Positions 20,355 through 29,436 of a stretch of 64,000 nucleotides of DNA are shown here, piece by piece. This DNA is from an uncultured Phycisphaerales bacterium (GTDB taxonomy: Bacteria > Planctomycetota > Phycisphaerae > Tepidisphaerales > Tepidisphaeraceae): contig CAVWVQ010000003.1 in NCBI GenBank assembly GCA_963758525.1, positions 3,744,001 through 3,808,000 of the forward strand. The letters run 5' to 3'. Every line of letters starts with the position of its first letter. Within the stretch, counting starts at the first letter, position 1. The translations under genes were made by a program, and so were the position numbers. The notes beneath the pieces are model-generated. The model saw only the letters and a program-made list of their open reading frames with translations, ran no database searches and had not been told where the DNA came from.

Positions 20355-20428
20355 GACATGCGGCATTGTTCTCCTGCGGCGGTCTCAAGAACCGCGCAGG
20401 TGTGGGTTCGACTCCCACCCGTGGCACT
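20355..20428 (+). pseudogene. Degenerate tRNA-Leu(CAA)
   Basis: gcggt-ctCAAga-accgc and gtggg-ttcgact-cccac present; D-arm and 5' acceptor strand decayed. Confidence 0.5.
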
Positions 20429-20481
20429 GAAAGGAGTTTATCATGTTCGTAAACAACTCGGCCAGACCACACAAGGAGACC

Positions 20482-20757
20482 ATGTATCTGATGTGTCAGC
20501 TCTCCAAGCCGGTGGAGGGGGGCGTTGCCCGGATGACGTCCTGGATCCGCCAGGCCGTCGCCAAACCCGGGGCGGTGTTGGGCCGTTTGGAAGACACAGA
20601 GACGGGTGTCTTCGAGACAGGTTGGCAAGTTGACTCAGCCAGTGGACCCGCTCTCCCGGAGTCGCTTTTGTTAAAGCGGTCTCACAAGAAGGTGTTCGCA
20701 TCCATCAAAGACGAAGAGGCGGCTCGAGAACATGTACGTCAAAGCAAGAATCGCTAA
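20482..20757 (+). CDS. Hypothetical protein embedded in the tRNA array (alternative start 20443)
   Basis: AAGGAG SD before both ATGs; 91-aa ORF MYLMCQLSK...SWI...GWQV. Confidence 0.7.
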   Translation: MYLMCQLSKPVEGGVARMTSWIRQAVAKPGAVLGRLEDTETGVFETGWQVDSASGPALPESLLLKRSHKKVFASIKDEEAAREHVRQSKNR

Positions 20758-20839
20758 ATCACATTGATCAGGCGGTTGCACCAGAGCGACGTGGATCAGG
20801 AGCGTCGGCAACGATGGAGGGTTTGTCATGTGATCTCCT

Positions 20840-20922
20840 GGAGGGTTGGCCGAATGGTATGGCACCCGTCTCGAAAACGGGCAAACCGAAAGGTGATGGG
20901 GGTTCGAATCCCTCACCCTCCT
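20840..20922 (+). tRNA. tRNA-Ser(CGA)
   Basis: ggagggt/accctcc, cccgt-ctCGAaa-acggg, long variable arm. Confidence 0.87.
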
Positions 20923-20968
20923 CTGACTCGGTGGTCGAGCAGGAACGGTCGAGCACTGGAAAAGATCC

Positions 20969-21053
20969 GGAGGGTTGGCGGAGCGGTCTATCGCGTCGCG
21001 TTGCTAGCGCGAAAAGCACTCGTGCTTCGAAGGTTCGAATCCTTCACCCTCCT
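20969..21053 (+). tRNA. tRNA-Ser(GCT)
   Basis: ggagggt/accctcc, tcgcg-ttGCTag-cgcga, long variable arm. Confidence 0.87.
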
Positions 21054-21130
21054 TTTAGGGTTCAGGGTGTCAGGGTTCAGGGTTCAGTGAGGCGTTGTTG
21101 CCGCTGGTGCCCAACCTGACGCCAGGAGTC

Positions 21131-21143
21131 GTTCTTTGACAAT
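21131..21143 (+). promoter_or_regulatory. boxA-like antitermination element
   Basis: GTTCTTTGACAAT resembles rrn boxA (TGCTCTTTAACA-type). Confidence 0.5.
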
Positions 21144-21283
21144 TCGATGCATCAAATGCAGGTGCGGAATTGCAAATTGAGGACTGCAAATTGCAAATTG
21201 CAAATTGTGGGGATGGGGAGGCTCCACGAATTTGCGATGGGCTTGAGCGTCGGCAGCACGCAATACTGCTCTCCGCAGCACTT

Positions 21284-21355
21284 GTGGACTTAGCTCAGCG
21301 GTAGAGCGGAGGCTTGAAGAGCCTCGCGTCCCTGGTTCAATCCCAGGAGTCCACA
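21284..21355 (+). tRNA. tRNA-Phe(GAA)
   Basis: gtggact/agtccac, gaggc-ttGAAga-gcctc. Confidence 0.88.
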
Positions 21356-21360
21356 TTCGG

Positions 21361-21480
21361 AGGTTTAGGGTTCCGGGAGGGTTCAGGGTTCAGGGTTCAG
21401 GGTGTCAGGGTGGAGGAACGGAAAATGTCTTTTTGCTGAACCCTGAACCCTGAACCCTGAACCCTAAATCCTGAACCCTA
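21361..21480. repeat. Inverted (AGGGTTC)n/(GAACCCT)n heptamer tracts inside the tRNA array (related tracts at 21057-21087 and 21170-21208)
   Basis: Same units as 624-787. Confidence 0.85.
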
Positions 21481-21484
21481 AGAA

Positions 21485-21556
21485 GCAGTGATAACTCAGT
21501 CGGCAGAGTGCCGGTCTTCCAAACCGGAGACGTGGGTTCGATTCCCCCTCACTGCA
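21485..21556 (+). tRNA. tRNA-Gly(TCC)
   Basis: gcagtga/tcactgc, ccggt-ctTCCaa-accgg. Confidence 0.85.
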
Positions 21557-21638
21557 ATGCGCGGCGCACAATCGCCGCTATTAGCGGGTGTCCGAAGGGC
21601 ACCGTCACGCGAGCAAGTGCATGCGGACATGCACGCTT

Positions 21639-21709
21639 CTGGGGATAGTTCAACGGCAGAACGTCCGGATGTGGCCCGGAATGCGGAGGTTCAACTCCTT
21701 CTCCCCGGA
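21639..21709 (+). tRNA. tRNA-His(GTG) lacking G-1:C73
   Basis: ctgggga/tccccgg, tccgg-atGTGgc-ccgga; base -1 is T and base 73 is A. Confidence 0.75.
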
Positions 21710-21728
21710 CTGATTCCAAACGTGAGAC

Positions 21729-21801
21729 TCAGGGATAGTTCAATTGGCAGAACGTCCGACTCTGACTCGGAAAGTTGAAGGTTCGAGTCCTTCTCCCTGG
21801 G
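21729..21801 (+). tRNA. tRNA-Gln(CTG)
   Basis: tcaggga/tccctgg, tccga-ctCTGac-tcgga. Confidence 0.87.
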
Positions 21802-21802
21802 C

Positions 21803-21875
21803 TGAGTCGTAGTTCAACTGGTAGCAATGCCGGTCTTTGAAGCCGGAGATCGTGGTTCAAATCCACGCGGCTCAA
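21803..21875 (+). tRNA. tRNA-Gln(TTG)
   Basis: tgagtcg/cggctca, ccggt-ctTTGaa-gccgg. Confidence 0.82.
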
Positions 21876-21950
21876 TCCGCGCCGGCGCGAGAAGGCAGCG
21901 GAGAAGAAATGGAACAAGAGGAAAGGTGGTTCATCGGATCCCGCGTCCAT

Positions 21951-22023
21951 ACCCATGTAGCTCAACTGGTAGAGTGCGCGACTGTTAATCGCGTCGTTGG
22001 TGGTTCGAATCCACCCGTGGGTG
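21951..22023 (+). tRNA. tRNA-Asn(GTT)
   Basis: acccatg/cgtgggt, cgcga-ctGTTaa-tcgcg, G73. Confidence 0.88.
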
Positions 22024-22147
22024 CTGGCTTCGCCAGAGCAGGTGAACCGTTGAACGGGCGAACAGGAGACGGAAAAAACTTGGCCTCGTCTCCTGATCCG
22101 CTGCTCACCTTTCTCCTGTTCTCGTTCGCGATGCATCGCGCAGCGCC

Positions 22148-22220
22148 GCTCCCGTCGTCCAACGGACAGGATGCCCGGCCTTCAACCGGATGATGATGGG
22201 TTCGATTCCCTCCGGGAGCA
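22148..22220 (+). tRNA. tRNA-Glu(TTC), atypical C33
   Basis: gctcccg/cgggagc, ccgg-ccTTCaa-ccgg. Confidence 0.75.
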
Positions 22221-22228
22221 TTACTCTT

Positions 22229-22282
22229 TGTGGCGCAGGCTTCGAGCCTGCTCCGCTCGGCAGGCTGGAAGCCTGCACCACA
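22229..22282. repeat. Inverted REP-like pair
   Basis: tgtggcgcaggcttcgagcctgc ... gcaggctggaagcctgcaccaca. Confidence 0.8.
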
Positions 22283-22317
22283 AAATAGGAAGGGTGATCG
22301 GGCGCCTGATTGTTGTT

Positions 22318-22391
22318 CAGCGTGTGGCGCAGTTTGGCAGCGCACGTGCCTCGGGCGCACGGGGTCGAAGGTTCGAATCCTTCCACGCTGA
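22318..22391 (+). tRNA. tRNA-Pro(CGG)
   Basis: cagcgtg/cacgctg, cgtgc-ctCGGgc-gcacg. Confidence 0.9.
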
Positions 22392-22403
22392 TTGAAACAG
22401 ATT

Positions 22404-22477
22404 GAGGAGGTGGCCGAGCGGTTCAAGGCCTGGGCCTGCAAAGCCCGTGTTCGCTGGTTCGAATCCAGTCCTCCTTT
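22404..22477 (+). tRNA. tRNA-Cys(GCA)
   Basis: gaggagg/cctcctt, gggc-ctGCAaa-gccc, U73. Confidence 0.87.
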
Positions 22478-22580
22478 TCCTGATGTTGCAATTATTCACA
22501 AACCTGGCATTCCTCGAAGGGATATATATAAGAGACGAGCAAAGGCTCGTCCCAATGAGTGTGTACTGCACGGAGGTGCA

Positions 22581-22802
22581 ATGATGTGGCAGCCCCAGCT
22601 GAATGATCGCGTACGATTGCTCCACGATGTCCCGGATCTGCTGTTGCACAGCGGCGACGTGGGTGTGGTAAAGAGCGTTTGGTTTGCGCCCCAAACGGCG
22701 TACGAAGTCGAATTCGAGCAGCCGAAGTCCGCTTATCGGGTTCGCAAAATTCTGCAGCCCGCGGAAGTCGAGCCTGACGCGGCGCCCCGTCAACAAAACT
22801 GA
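22581..22802 (+). CDS. DUF4926-like small protein
   Basis: SD GGAGGT; DRVRLLHDVP...GDVGVV...AYEVEF. Confidence 0.7.
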   Translation: MMWQPQLNDRVRLLHDVPDLLLHSGDVGVVKSVWFAPQTAYEVEFEQPKSAYRVRKILQPAEVEPDAAPRQQN

Positions 22803-22952
22803 GCGGGCCCTCTGATCGGTTGAGCTCGCTCTCCGTCGGCAGTGAATTCACTCCGGAAGCGCCCCTGCGAAAATCGATCAAGCCAGGCGGGGATGGCTCC
22901 TCAGGTGAAAGCGGGGAACCGACGTCGTCGCAGCCCGTTGCTTTGCAGAACG

Positions 22953-23414
22953 TCACCACCAGTAATTGAACATCAGCTCGCGCGACCATGCGGGCTGCGT
23001 CACCGCGCCTCTGGGCAAAAACTCCTCCATCACCGGCTTGATGTCCACCACCGGCGACCCGTCGATCGCGTCGAGTCCCGCGACTGTCAGCGTTTTTCCC
23101 TTGAGGCTCACGACCCGCGCTACGCAGGTTCCCAGTCGATTTGGCCGGTCTTTACCGCGCTGCACAAAGATGCCCACCCGCGGCCATTGTTCGTTACCGC
23201 GCGGGTGCCGGGCGCCACGCACGATGTCGCTCTCGTCGACGCGGTGAAAATGATAGATGACTTCAACGTGCGAAAAAGCCTCGATGCCGTCCAGCGCTTC
23301 GTCGCCGAACGCGTCTGACAGCTCGATCTTCGACACGACATCGCCCCAGAGATCGTCGCTCAAGTCCGTCCGTGTGCTGCTGACGTAGCCAATCGGCTCG
23401 ACTGCGATCATCAT
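22953..23414 (-). CDS. tsaA: TsaA/TrmO-family SAM-dependent tRNA methyltransferase
   Basis: PIGYV, LDGIEAFSHV, VGIF.QR...RPNRLG, GLDAIDGSPVVDIKP. Confidence 0.8.
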   Translation of the reverse strand: MMIAVEPIGYVSSTRTDLSDDLWGDVVSKIELSDAFGDEALDGIEAFSHVEVIYHFHRVDESDIVRGARHPRGNEQWPRVGIFVQRGKDRPNRLGTCVARVVSLKGKTLTVAGLDAIDGSPVVDIKPVMEEFLPRGAVTQPAWSRELMFNYWW

Positions 23415-23420
23415 GATTGC

Positions 23421-23973
23421 TCAATTCTCTGCGCGGATCGCGGCGAGCATCGCATCTGTCTCGATGCTGCCGAGATATCGCCGACCGTTGATGAAGAATG
23501 CCGGCGTTCCGCGCACGCCGCTTTTTTCGCCGCTGTCGTAGTGGTCGCGGACGCGCCGGGACCACGCGTTGGATTCCATCTCCCGCCCGAATCGGTAGAC
23601 CTCCAGTCCCAGTTGCAGCGCCAGATGCGTGAAGTCCACGTTCTCCAGATCCTTCTGATGCTTGTAGAGCGACTCGTGCATCTCCCAGAAGCGGCCCTGT
23701 TCGCCCGCGGCCTCCGCGGCCATCGCGGCGACGCTGGCGCGGGTGGACCGAGCCGCGCGGGAAATGGCGGAATACAAAGCGGAGCTTATCACCGAGGCGC
23801 TGCCGCAACTCGTTGACGATCGGCAGAGCATTGAGGCAGTCCGGGCACTCATAGTCGCCATACTCCACCAGCGTGACCGGCGCGTCAGGCGATCCGAGCG
23901 CGTGATCCGTGTTGGAAACGGGGACGGCGAGCAGTGCCGGTTGTTCTGAGGGGAGGGGAATTGAATGATTCAT
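23421..23973 (-). CDS. DsbA/thioredoxin-4 family protein; frameshift near 23742
   Basis: EYGDYECPDC...FRHFP in one frame, AAEAAGEQGRFWEMH...GTPAFFING in another. Confidence 0.82.
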
Positions 23974-24271
23974 GTCGTACCACGGGTTTCCAACCCGTGC
24001 GTGCTGCGCAGCGGGGAATGAGTTCCTCTGGGTTCCCGATTGTCACCTTGCAGCGAACAATTTCGACTCGAACTTCCACCTGCGACACTGTTCGTCCATT
24101 GAAGCTGCGGATTATAGTCATGCGGGAGGAACAGACCAAAGGGAGTGGCGAAATGACGCAATGAGTAAATCGCAATGAATCCTTTTTTCTCCGCGAAGGG
24201 CAAGCCACGGCGAAGCCGTTGGCGAGACCCGTGTGACCGGTGCCCCCGTCCCTTCCGTTTCCGATTCCTCC

Positions 24272-24300
24272 CCTCCGTGCCTCCGTGCCTCCGTGCCTTC
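24272..24300. repeat. (CTCCGTGC)n octamer tract (also ~38205-38245, ~45070-45096)
   Basis: ctccgtgcctccgtgcctccgtgcc. Confidence 0.8.
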
Positions 24301-24304
24301 CGCT

Positions 24305-25549
24305 TCATTCAACCCGCTTCATCACGACCGCGGTATTATGCCCGCCAAATCCGAAGCTGTTGCTCATCACGTATTGCAGTCGCTTCTCCCTCGGCCGGTT
24401 CGGGACATAATCCAGATCGCATCCCTCGCCCGGCTCTTCGAGATTGATCGTGGCGGGGACCAGATTCCGATCGATGGCCAGCGACGACACGATGATCGAA
24501 AGCGACCCCGCCGCCCCGATCAAATGGCCGGCTTGCGCCTTGGTGGAGCTGACCATCAGCCGGTCGGCGTGGGCGCCGAAGACCGCACGAATCCCGCGCG
24601 TCTCGGCGATATCTCCCAGTTCGGTGCTCGTGCCGTGGGCGTTGATGTAGTTCACATCATCCGCGTTGATCTTCGCATCCGCCAGGGCAAGACGCATCGC
24701 CGCGGCGGCCCCCGCGCCGTTGACCTCCGGCGAGGTGATGTGATACGCGTCGGCACTCACTCCGTATCCCACGAGCTGCGCGTACAGGTGCGCTCCGCGA
24801 CGCCGTGCGTGCTCCTCTTCCTCCAGCACAATCACGGCGGCTCCCTCCGAGAGGACAAACCCGTCGCGCCCCCGATCCCATGGACGACTCGCCCTGGCCG
24901 GATCGTCGTTGCGCGTGGAGAGCGCCCGGGCCGCGCAAAAACTTCCCAGGCCCATTTCGCACAGAACCGCCTCGGCGCCGCCGGCGACCATCACGTCCGC
25001 CTGACCGGTGCGGATTGCCCGCGCCGCGTCGCCGATCGCGTTCGATCCGGTCGAGCAGGCCGTGGAAACCACGGTGTTCAGTCCCTTCAAGCCGAATCGG
25101 ATCGAGACGTTGGCCGCCGCAGCATTCGTCATCAGCCGGGGCACCGTAAAGGGGCTGACGCGTCCGACTCCGCGCTCGAGCAGGACGCGATATTGTTCCT
25201 GGATCGTCTCCAGTCCTCCGATGCCGCTGCCGATGATCACGCCGCAGCGATCAGGGTCTTCGGTGGCAAATTCGATTCCCGCGTCGCGCACCGCGCCGAT
25301 GGCGGCAGCCAGACCGAATTGGGCAAATCGGTCCATCCGCCGCGCTTCCCGCGGGTCGACTCCGGATCGCGTGACGTCGAAGCTGGCGCACTCCCCGCCG
25401 AAGCGGACGGGAAAGGCGGAGCAGTCCCACCGCTTGATGAGTCCCACGCCGCTGCGGGCGCTGATCAGCGCGTCGATCAGCTCATCGCGTGATTCCCCCA
25501 GCGGCGTAATCAGTCCCAGCCCCGTGATGACCGCCCGCGGTTCGCTCAT
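24305..25549 (-). CDS. fabF: Beta-ketoacyl-ACP synthase II
   Basis: STACSTG, NAHGTST, GHLIGAAG, SNSFGFGGHN. Confidence 0.9.
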   Translation of the reverse strand: MSEPRAVITGLGLITPLGESRDELIDALISARSGVGLIKRWDCSAFPVRFGGECASFDVTRSGVDPREARRMDRFAQFGLAAAIGAVRDAGIEFATEDPDRCGVIIGSGIGGLETIQEQYRVLLERGVGRVSPFTVPRLMTNAAAANVSIRFGLKGLNTVVSTACSTGSNAIGDAARAIRTGQADVMVAGGAEAVLCEMGLGSFCAARALSTRNDDPARASRPWDRGRDGFVLSEGAAVIVLEEEEHARRRGAHLYAQLVGYGVSADAYHITSPEVNGAGAAAAMRLALADAKINADDVNYINAHGTSTELGDIAETRGIRAVFGAHADRLMVSSTKAQAGHLIGAAGSLSIIVSSLAIDRNLVPATINLEEPGEGCDLDYVPNRPREKRLQYVMSNSFGFGGHNTAVVMKRVE

Positions 25550-25670
25550 AGAAAGACTCCGTGAATCCCGTCCGGCCCGCGCAGCCGCGGTTGCTTTTGA
25601 TATGACGGTCGTCATACTATCGCTCCAGGCCGTACAAAGGCAAGCATCTCAACCGGACCCGACCGTCGTC

Positions 25671-26318
25671 ATGCGCTATTCCGCGAAGCACAAGCAGAAG
25701 ACCCACGAGCGGATTGTCACCAAGGCCGCGAGGCTCTTTCGCGAAGCCGGGTACACCGGGTGCGGCGTTGATTCGGTGATGCGTGCCGCCAGACTCACCC
25801 CCGGCGGCTTCTATGCTCATTTCCGCGACAAGGAGGCCTTGCTCACCGAAGCACTGACTCATTGCCGCACCGACGCCGCCCGTTTCATTGCCGCGGCGAT
25901 CGACGACGGGCGCGACCCGCTGGTGGCGTGGGTCGAGGCTTATCTCAACCGTGAACACCTCGATGCCCCCGGCACCGGCTGCCCGCTGCCGACCCTCGCC
26001 GGCGAAATCGCCCGCCAGCCTGCCAAGGTGCGCCGCGTGTTTACCAAGACGCTGCGCGCGTACATTGCCACGCTCGGCGCGCTGCACCCGCGGAAGCGCG
26101 GGTCGCGCCGCTCCGACGAAGCGATTGTTACGATCGCGACGCTTGCCGGCGCGGTTCTGCTGGCCCGGGCCGTGGAAGACGGCGACCTCTCCGAACGAAT
26201 TCTCAGCGTGATTCACCAGCGCGTCGCTCCCGGCGTTCCTCCCAGGCGCTTCCGCAAGCCTTCCGCTCGCACGGCCAGAGTGCGCCGCCCGCGAAGCATC
26301 GATAGCAAGTCGGCTTGA
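25671..26318 (+). CDS. TetR/AcrR family regulator divergent from fabF
   Basis: ERIVTKAARLFREAG...VMRAARLTPGGFYAHFRDKEAL, GCPL. Confidence 0.88.
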   Translation: MRYSAKHKQKTHERIVTKAARLFREAGYTGCGVDSVMRAARLTPGGFYAHFRDKEALLTEALTHCRTDAARFIAAAIDDGRDPLVAWVEAYLNREHLDAPGTGCPLPTLAGEIARQPAKVRRVFTKTLRAYIATLGALHPRKRGSRRSDEAIVTIATLAGAVLLARAVEDGDLSERILSVIHQRVAPGVPPRRFRKPSARTARVRRPRSIDSKSA

Positions 26319-26366
26319 GCGGGCGATCAAATGCCGGTGCGCGAGCGTAGCTGAAGCGGGAGCGCC

Positions 26367-27330
26367 TCATTCCGCGGGGCGCAATAGGATGCGCGACTTC
26401 CCGCGCACGGCTTCTTCGTACGCCGCTGCCGCCTGCGACAGCGGCCGCGGAATTCCGGCAATGGCTCGCAATGTTCCGGATTGAAATGCGGGCGACATCG
26501 CAGCGAGCATTGTTGCGCATGCCACCGCGTCAAGGTCTCGGGAGTCGACGCCGATGATGCACAGCATCTTCCGATAGACGTCGCGCAGGTTGAATGTGAC
26601 GATCCCATTCTGCGGCGCGGTGATCACCGCAAGCCGCCCCTTCAGTGCCGCTGCTTCCACCGCCTCGGCGAACATCATCCCGCTGGTGTCCAGGACGATA
26701 CTCGCTCCCAGTCCGTCGCTGTGCGCGCGAACTTGCGCCGCAAAATCGGACGATCGCGACGAAATCACTTCGTCCGCCCCGTGCTCCCGCGCGGCGGCGA
26801 AGTCCTTGTCATCCCGCACCGCGCCAATCACCCGCGCCGTGCAGCCTGGCAATCTGCACGGCCGCCGAACCGACTCCTCCCGCCGCGCCGATGATCAGCA
26901 CGCGATCCGCGGAGGATATGCCCGCGGATGTGACCAGCGCCTGCCACGCGGTCACGAATGTGACTCCCGCGCTTCCCGCCGCGTCGGCAGTCAGCCCCGC
27001 CGGCCGCAGAGCAACTCCATCGCGCGGCAGCAGAATGTATTGCGCGTGGCTGCCGTCGCGCGTGAAGCCGACGTCCCCGCCGGTTCCCCACACTTCTTTC
27101 CCAATAAGATCCGCTGGTCCGCGCGCCACGACCCCGGCAAAATCTCGACCAGGGACGCGCGGCAAAGTCGTCCCGTGCATCACGCCGGTCACATTTTTCA
27201 CATCACTCGGATTGATCGACGCCGACTGCACCTCCACCAGCACCTCGTCTCCGGCCGGCTCGGGTGTTGGAATCTCCTCGACTCTCAGATTCTTTACGTC
27301 GCCGAATTGCCGAATGAGCACTGCGCGCAT
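26367..27330 (-). CDS. Zinc-type alcohol dehydrogenase/quinone oxidoreductase; frameshift near 26833
   Basis: MRAVLIRQFG...ASINPSD...PGRDFAG...GAAGGVGSAAVQIA continues as RVIGAVR...LDTSG. Confidence 0.82.
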
Positions 27331-27439
27331 GGACCTGCCTTTCGTGTTTTTCCATGAACGTCCGCGGCCTACGCTGGCCTTCGGGCAGCCGCTAAACGCG
27401 GGCGTCAAGGCACAATCTGATTCAGAGCAATCAGGGCCG

Positions 27440-28410
27440 CGTTTGGGGGGACTCTCGCTCCCCGGCAGCCGCACCTTTGGAACGATCCGCTCAATCTGCG
27501 TCCGGTGTTTCTCCAGCCAAGGGGGCAGCATCAGCTTGCGGCCTAATTCCTCCGCCGGTTGATCCGCGGTGAATCCGGGATTCTCCGTCGCGATTTCGAA
27601 CAAAACGCCGCCCGGCTCGCGGTAATAGATCGAATGGAAATACGTTCGATCCATCACCGGCGAGACATTGAATCCCGCGTCCACGATCTTGCCGCGCCAT
27701 GCCAGTTGCCCGGCATCATCTGCCGTTCGAAAAGCCACATGATGCACCACACCGGCTCCCATCGTCCCCACCCGCGCCGCCGGAAGGCAGACCAGATCGA
27801 CGGTTGCAGCAAACCCGTCGCCTGCTCCGGCATGATAACGAAATCGATCCTGGTCACTTTCGCCGGCTTTGAATCCCATCACTTCGGTCAGCAAACGAGC
27901 CGTGCTCTCATACCCTCCCTCGGAAATCGTGATGCTGTCGAACCCGCGAATCGCCAGCTCTTGCGGTATCGTCCCGCCCGTCCACGGCGTCCCCCGCGGC
28001 TCTTTGTTGCCGATGATCTCCAACTGCATGCCGTCCGGGTCAACAAAGTTGATGACCGGCTGACCAAATCGCTCGCTCCCCGCCGCCGGCTTGATCCCGT
28101 GCTCCGCCAGCCGCGCCCGCCAGAACTCGATGGCGCTGCTCGGCACCGCGAACGCCGTGGTCGTCACCTGCGGCGGCCCAATGTGGCCCCGGTATGCGCC
28201 GGGCCATGCGAAGAAGGTCATGACGGTTCCCGGCCGACCCAGTTCGTCGCCGTAATAGAGGTGGTAGCTGCCCGGGTCGTCGAAGTTCACCGTCAGCTTT
28301 ACAAGACGCAGGCCGAGCACGCCAGCGTAGAAGTTGATGTTGTTTTGCGCGTCAGCGGTGATGGCGGTGACGTGATGGAGTCCTTCGAGCGTGGGTCGTA
28401 TTGGATTCAT
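27440..28410 (-). CDS. Ring-cleaving dioxygenase/glyoxalase (MhqO-like); no stop in this frame, end approximate
   Basis: GLHHVTA, VNFDDPGSYHLYYGD, GVVHHVAFR, DRTYFHSIYYREPGGVLFEIAT. Confidence 0.85.
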
Positions 28411-28423
28411 AAGAACATTCCCC

Positions 28424-28536
28424 GTGGCATGGGCGTCCCGCCCATGTTCAGGAGCGCCCGACGCTAGAGAAAACCTCGACAGCGAGAAAAACACTCACTC
28501 CGGCGCATTCCAACACGGGCGGGATACCCGTGCCAC
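28424..28536. repeat. Inverted REP-like pair (GTGGCA-type)
   Basis: gtggcatgggcgtcccgcccatg ... cacgggcgggatacccgtgccac. Confidence 0.78.
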
Positions 28537-28569
28537 CCGTGCCACCGGGCGAGCAAAGTTTCGCTAAAC

Positions 28570-29232
28570 TCATTTGTCTGTTGCCGTCGCGCCGGCGACC
28601 AGGTTCAACATCGCCCGGCAGGCGTCGATTTCATCCTCGTTGATTCCGTGGCCCATCCCGGGATAGCGCCGCAGTTCCACCTCCGCGCCCATGCGGGCCA
28701 GGACTTGCTCGGTTTCGCGAACGCGCTCGAACGGGACGTGGGAATCCGGATCGCCGCTGCCGAGAAATACCGGCGTTCCTGCCAGCGACCCCGGATAGTT
28801 TCGCGGTGTGCCCGCTGGTCCGATCAACCCCCCGGTGAGGGCAATGACCGCTCCGTACCGTCGCGGATGCCGGGCGGCGAATTCGACGCTCAAACAAGCG
28901 CCCTGCGAAAATCCCATGATCACGATTCGTTCGCTCGGCACGCGGCGCGAAAGCAAATTGGCGACGAGCGTTTCCACACGCGCCAGCGCCGAGTCGAGCC
29001 AGGGCTGATTCGCCGCGATCGGCGCGAGAAACGAGTTGGGATACCAGGTGTTCAGCGCCGCCTGCGGCGCGAGCGCGGCGAATCGCTCATCGGCCAGCTC
29101 GCGATAGAGCGCCATCATGTCATGGGCGGATGCGCCGCGGCCGTGCAGCATGATGATGGCTCCGGCCGCCTTGTCGGACGACGGGCCGGCGGCGAGGACT
29201 TCGCCATTTGCGTGAGGTGAGTGGTTGTCCAA
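28570..29232 (-). CDS. Phospholipase/carboxylesterase (alpha/beta hydrolase, MhqD-like); probable TTG start
   Basis: MLHGRG, GFSQG, DSHVP, GMGH; typical partner of the glyoxalase. Confidence 0.85.
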   Translation of the reverse strand: MDNHSPHANGEVLAAGPSSDKAAGAIIMLHGRGASAHDMMALYRELADERFAALAPQAALNTWYPNSFLAPIAANQPWLDSALARVETLVANLLSRRVPSERIVIMGFSQGACLSVEFAARHPRRYGAVIALTGGLIGPAGTPRNYPGSLAGTPVFLGSGDPDSHVPFERVRETEQVLARMGAEVELRRYPGMGHGINEDEIDACRAMLNLVAGATATDK

Positions 29233-29436
29233 AGCCTGCTCCGTTGCACCGGGGAATATGAGTGCATATACCGTAGCGTCAGGAGAATTAACTGCCAATG
29301 AGCGGGCGGTGCTTCGATTTGGTTCAATTTGAGATTCGGGGCAAGTTTCAGCGCGTTGGGCCGCTTGATCATCTCACAATGATGACGCAACTCCACGGCA
29401 GACTCCCGCGCCCGACTCCTCCGGGCGCGCTGCCGG

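Noticed and set aside
624..21480. Short tandem tracts as CRISPR arrays
   Set aside because: Units are 7-8 nt with no unique spacers, and there are no cas genes in the window
19777..22441. Several ORFs over the tRNA array (e.g. 19777..20628 -, 21962..22441 -)
   Set aside because: They are translations of tRNA sequence (GFEP, RIRT patterns)
19857..22802. tRNA array as part of a prophage or ICE
   Set aside because: No integrase, att duplication or phage genes flank it, and the spacers carry host-type repeats
25008..25670. Long N-terminal extension of TetR
   Set aside because: It overlaps fabF antisense; the HTH starts after ATG 25671
27355..27412. Integron attC-like site
   Set aside because: Only a partial resemblance (ends GTCAAGGC, no clear RYYYAAC partner), single copy, no integrase
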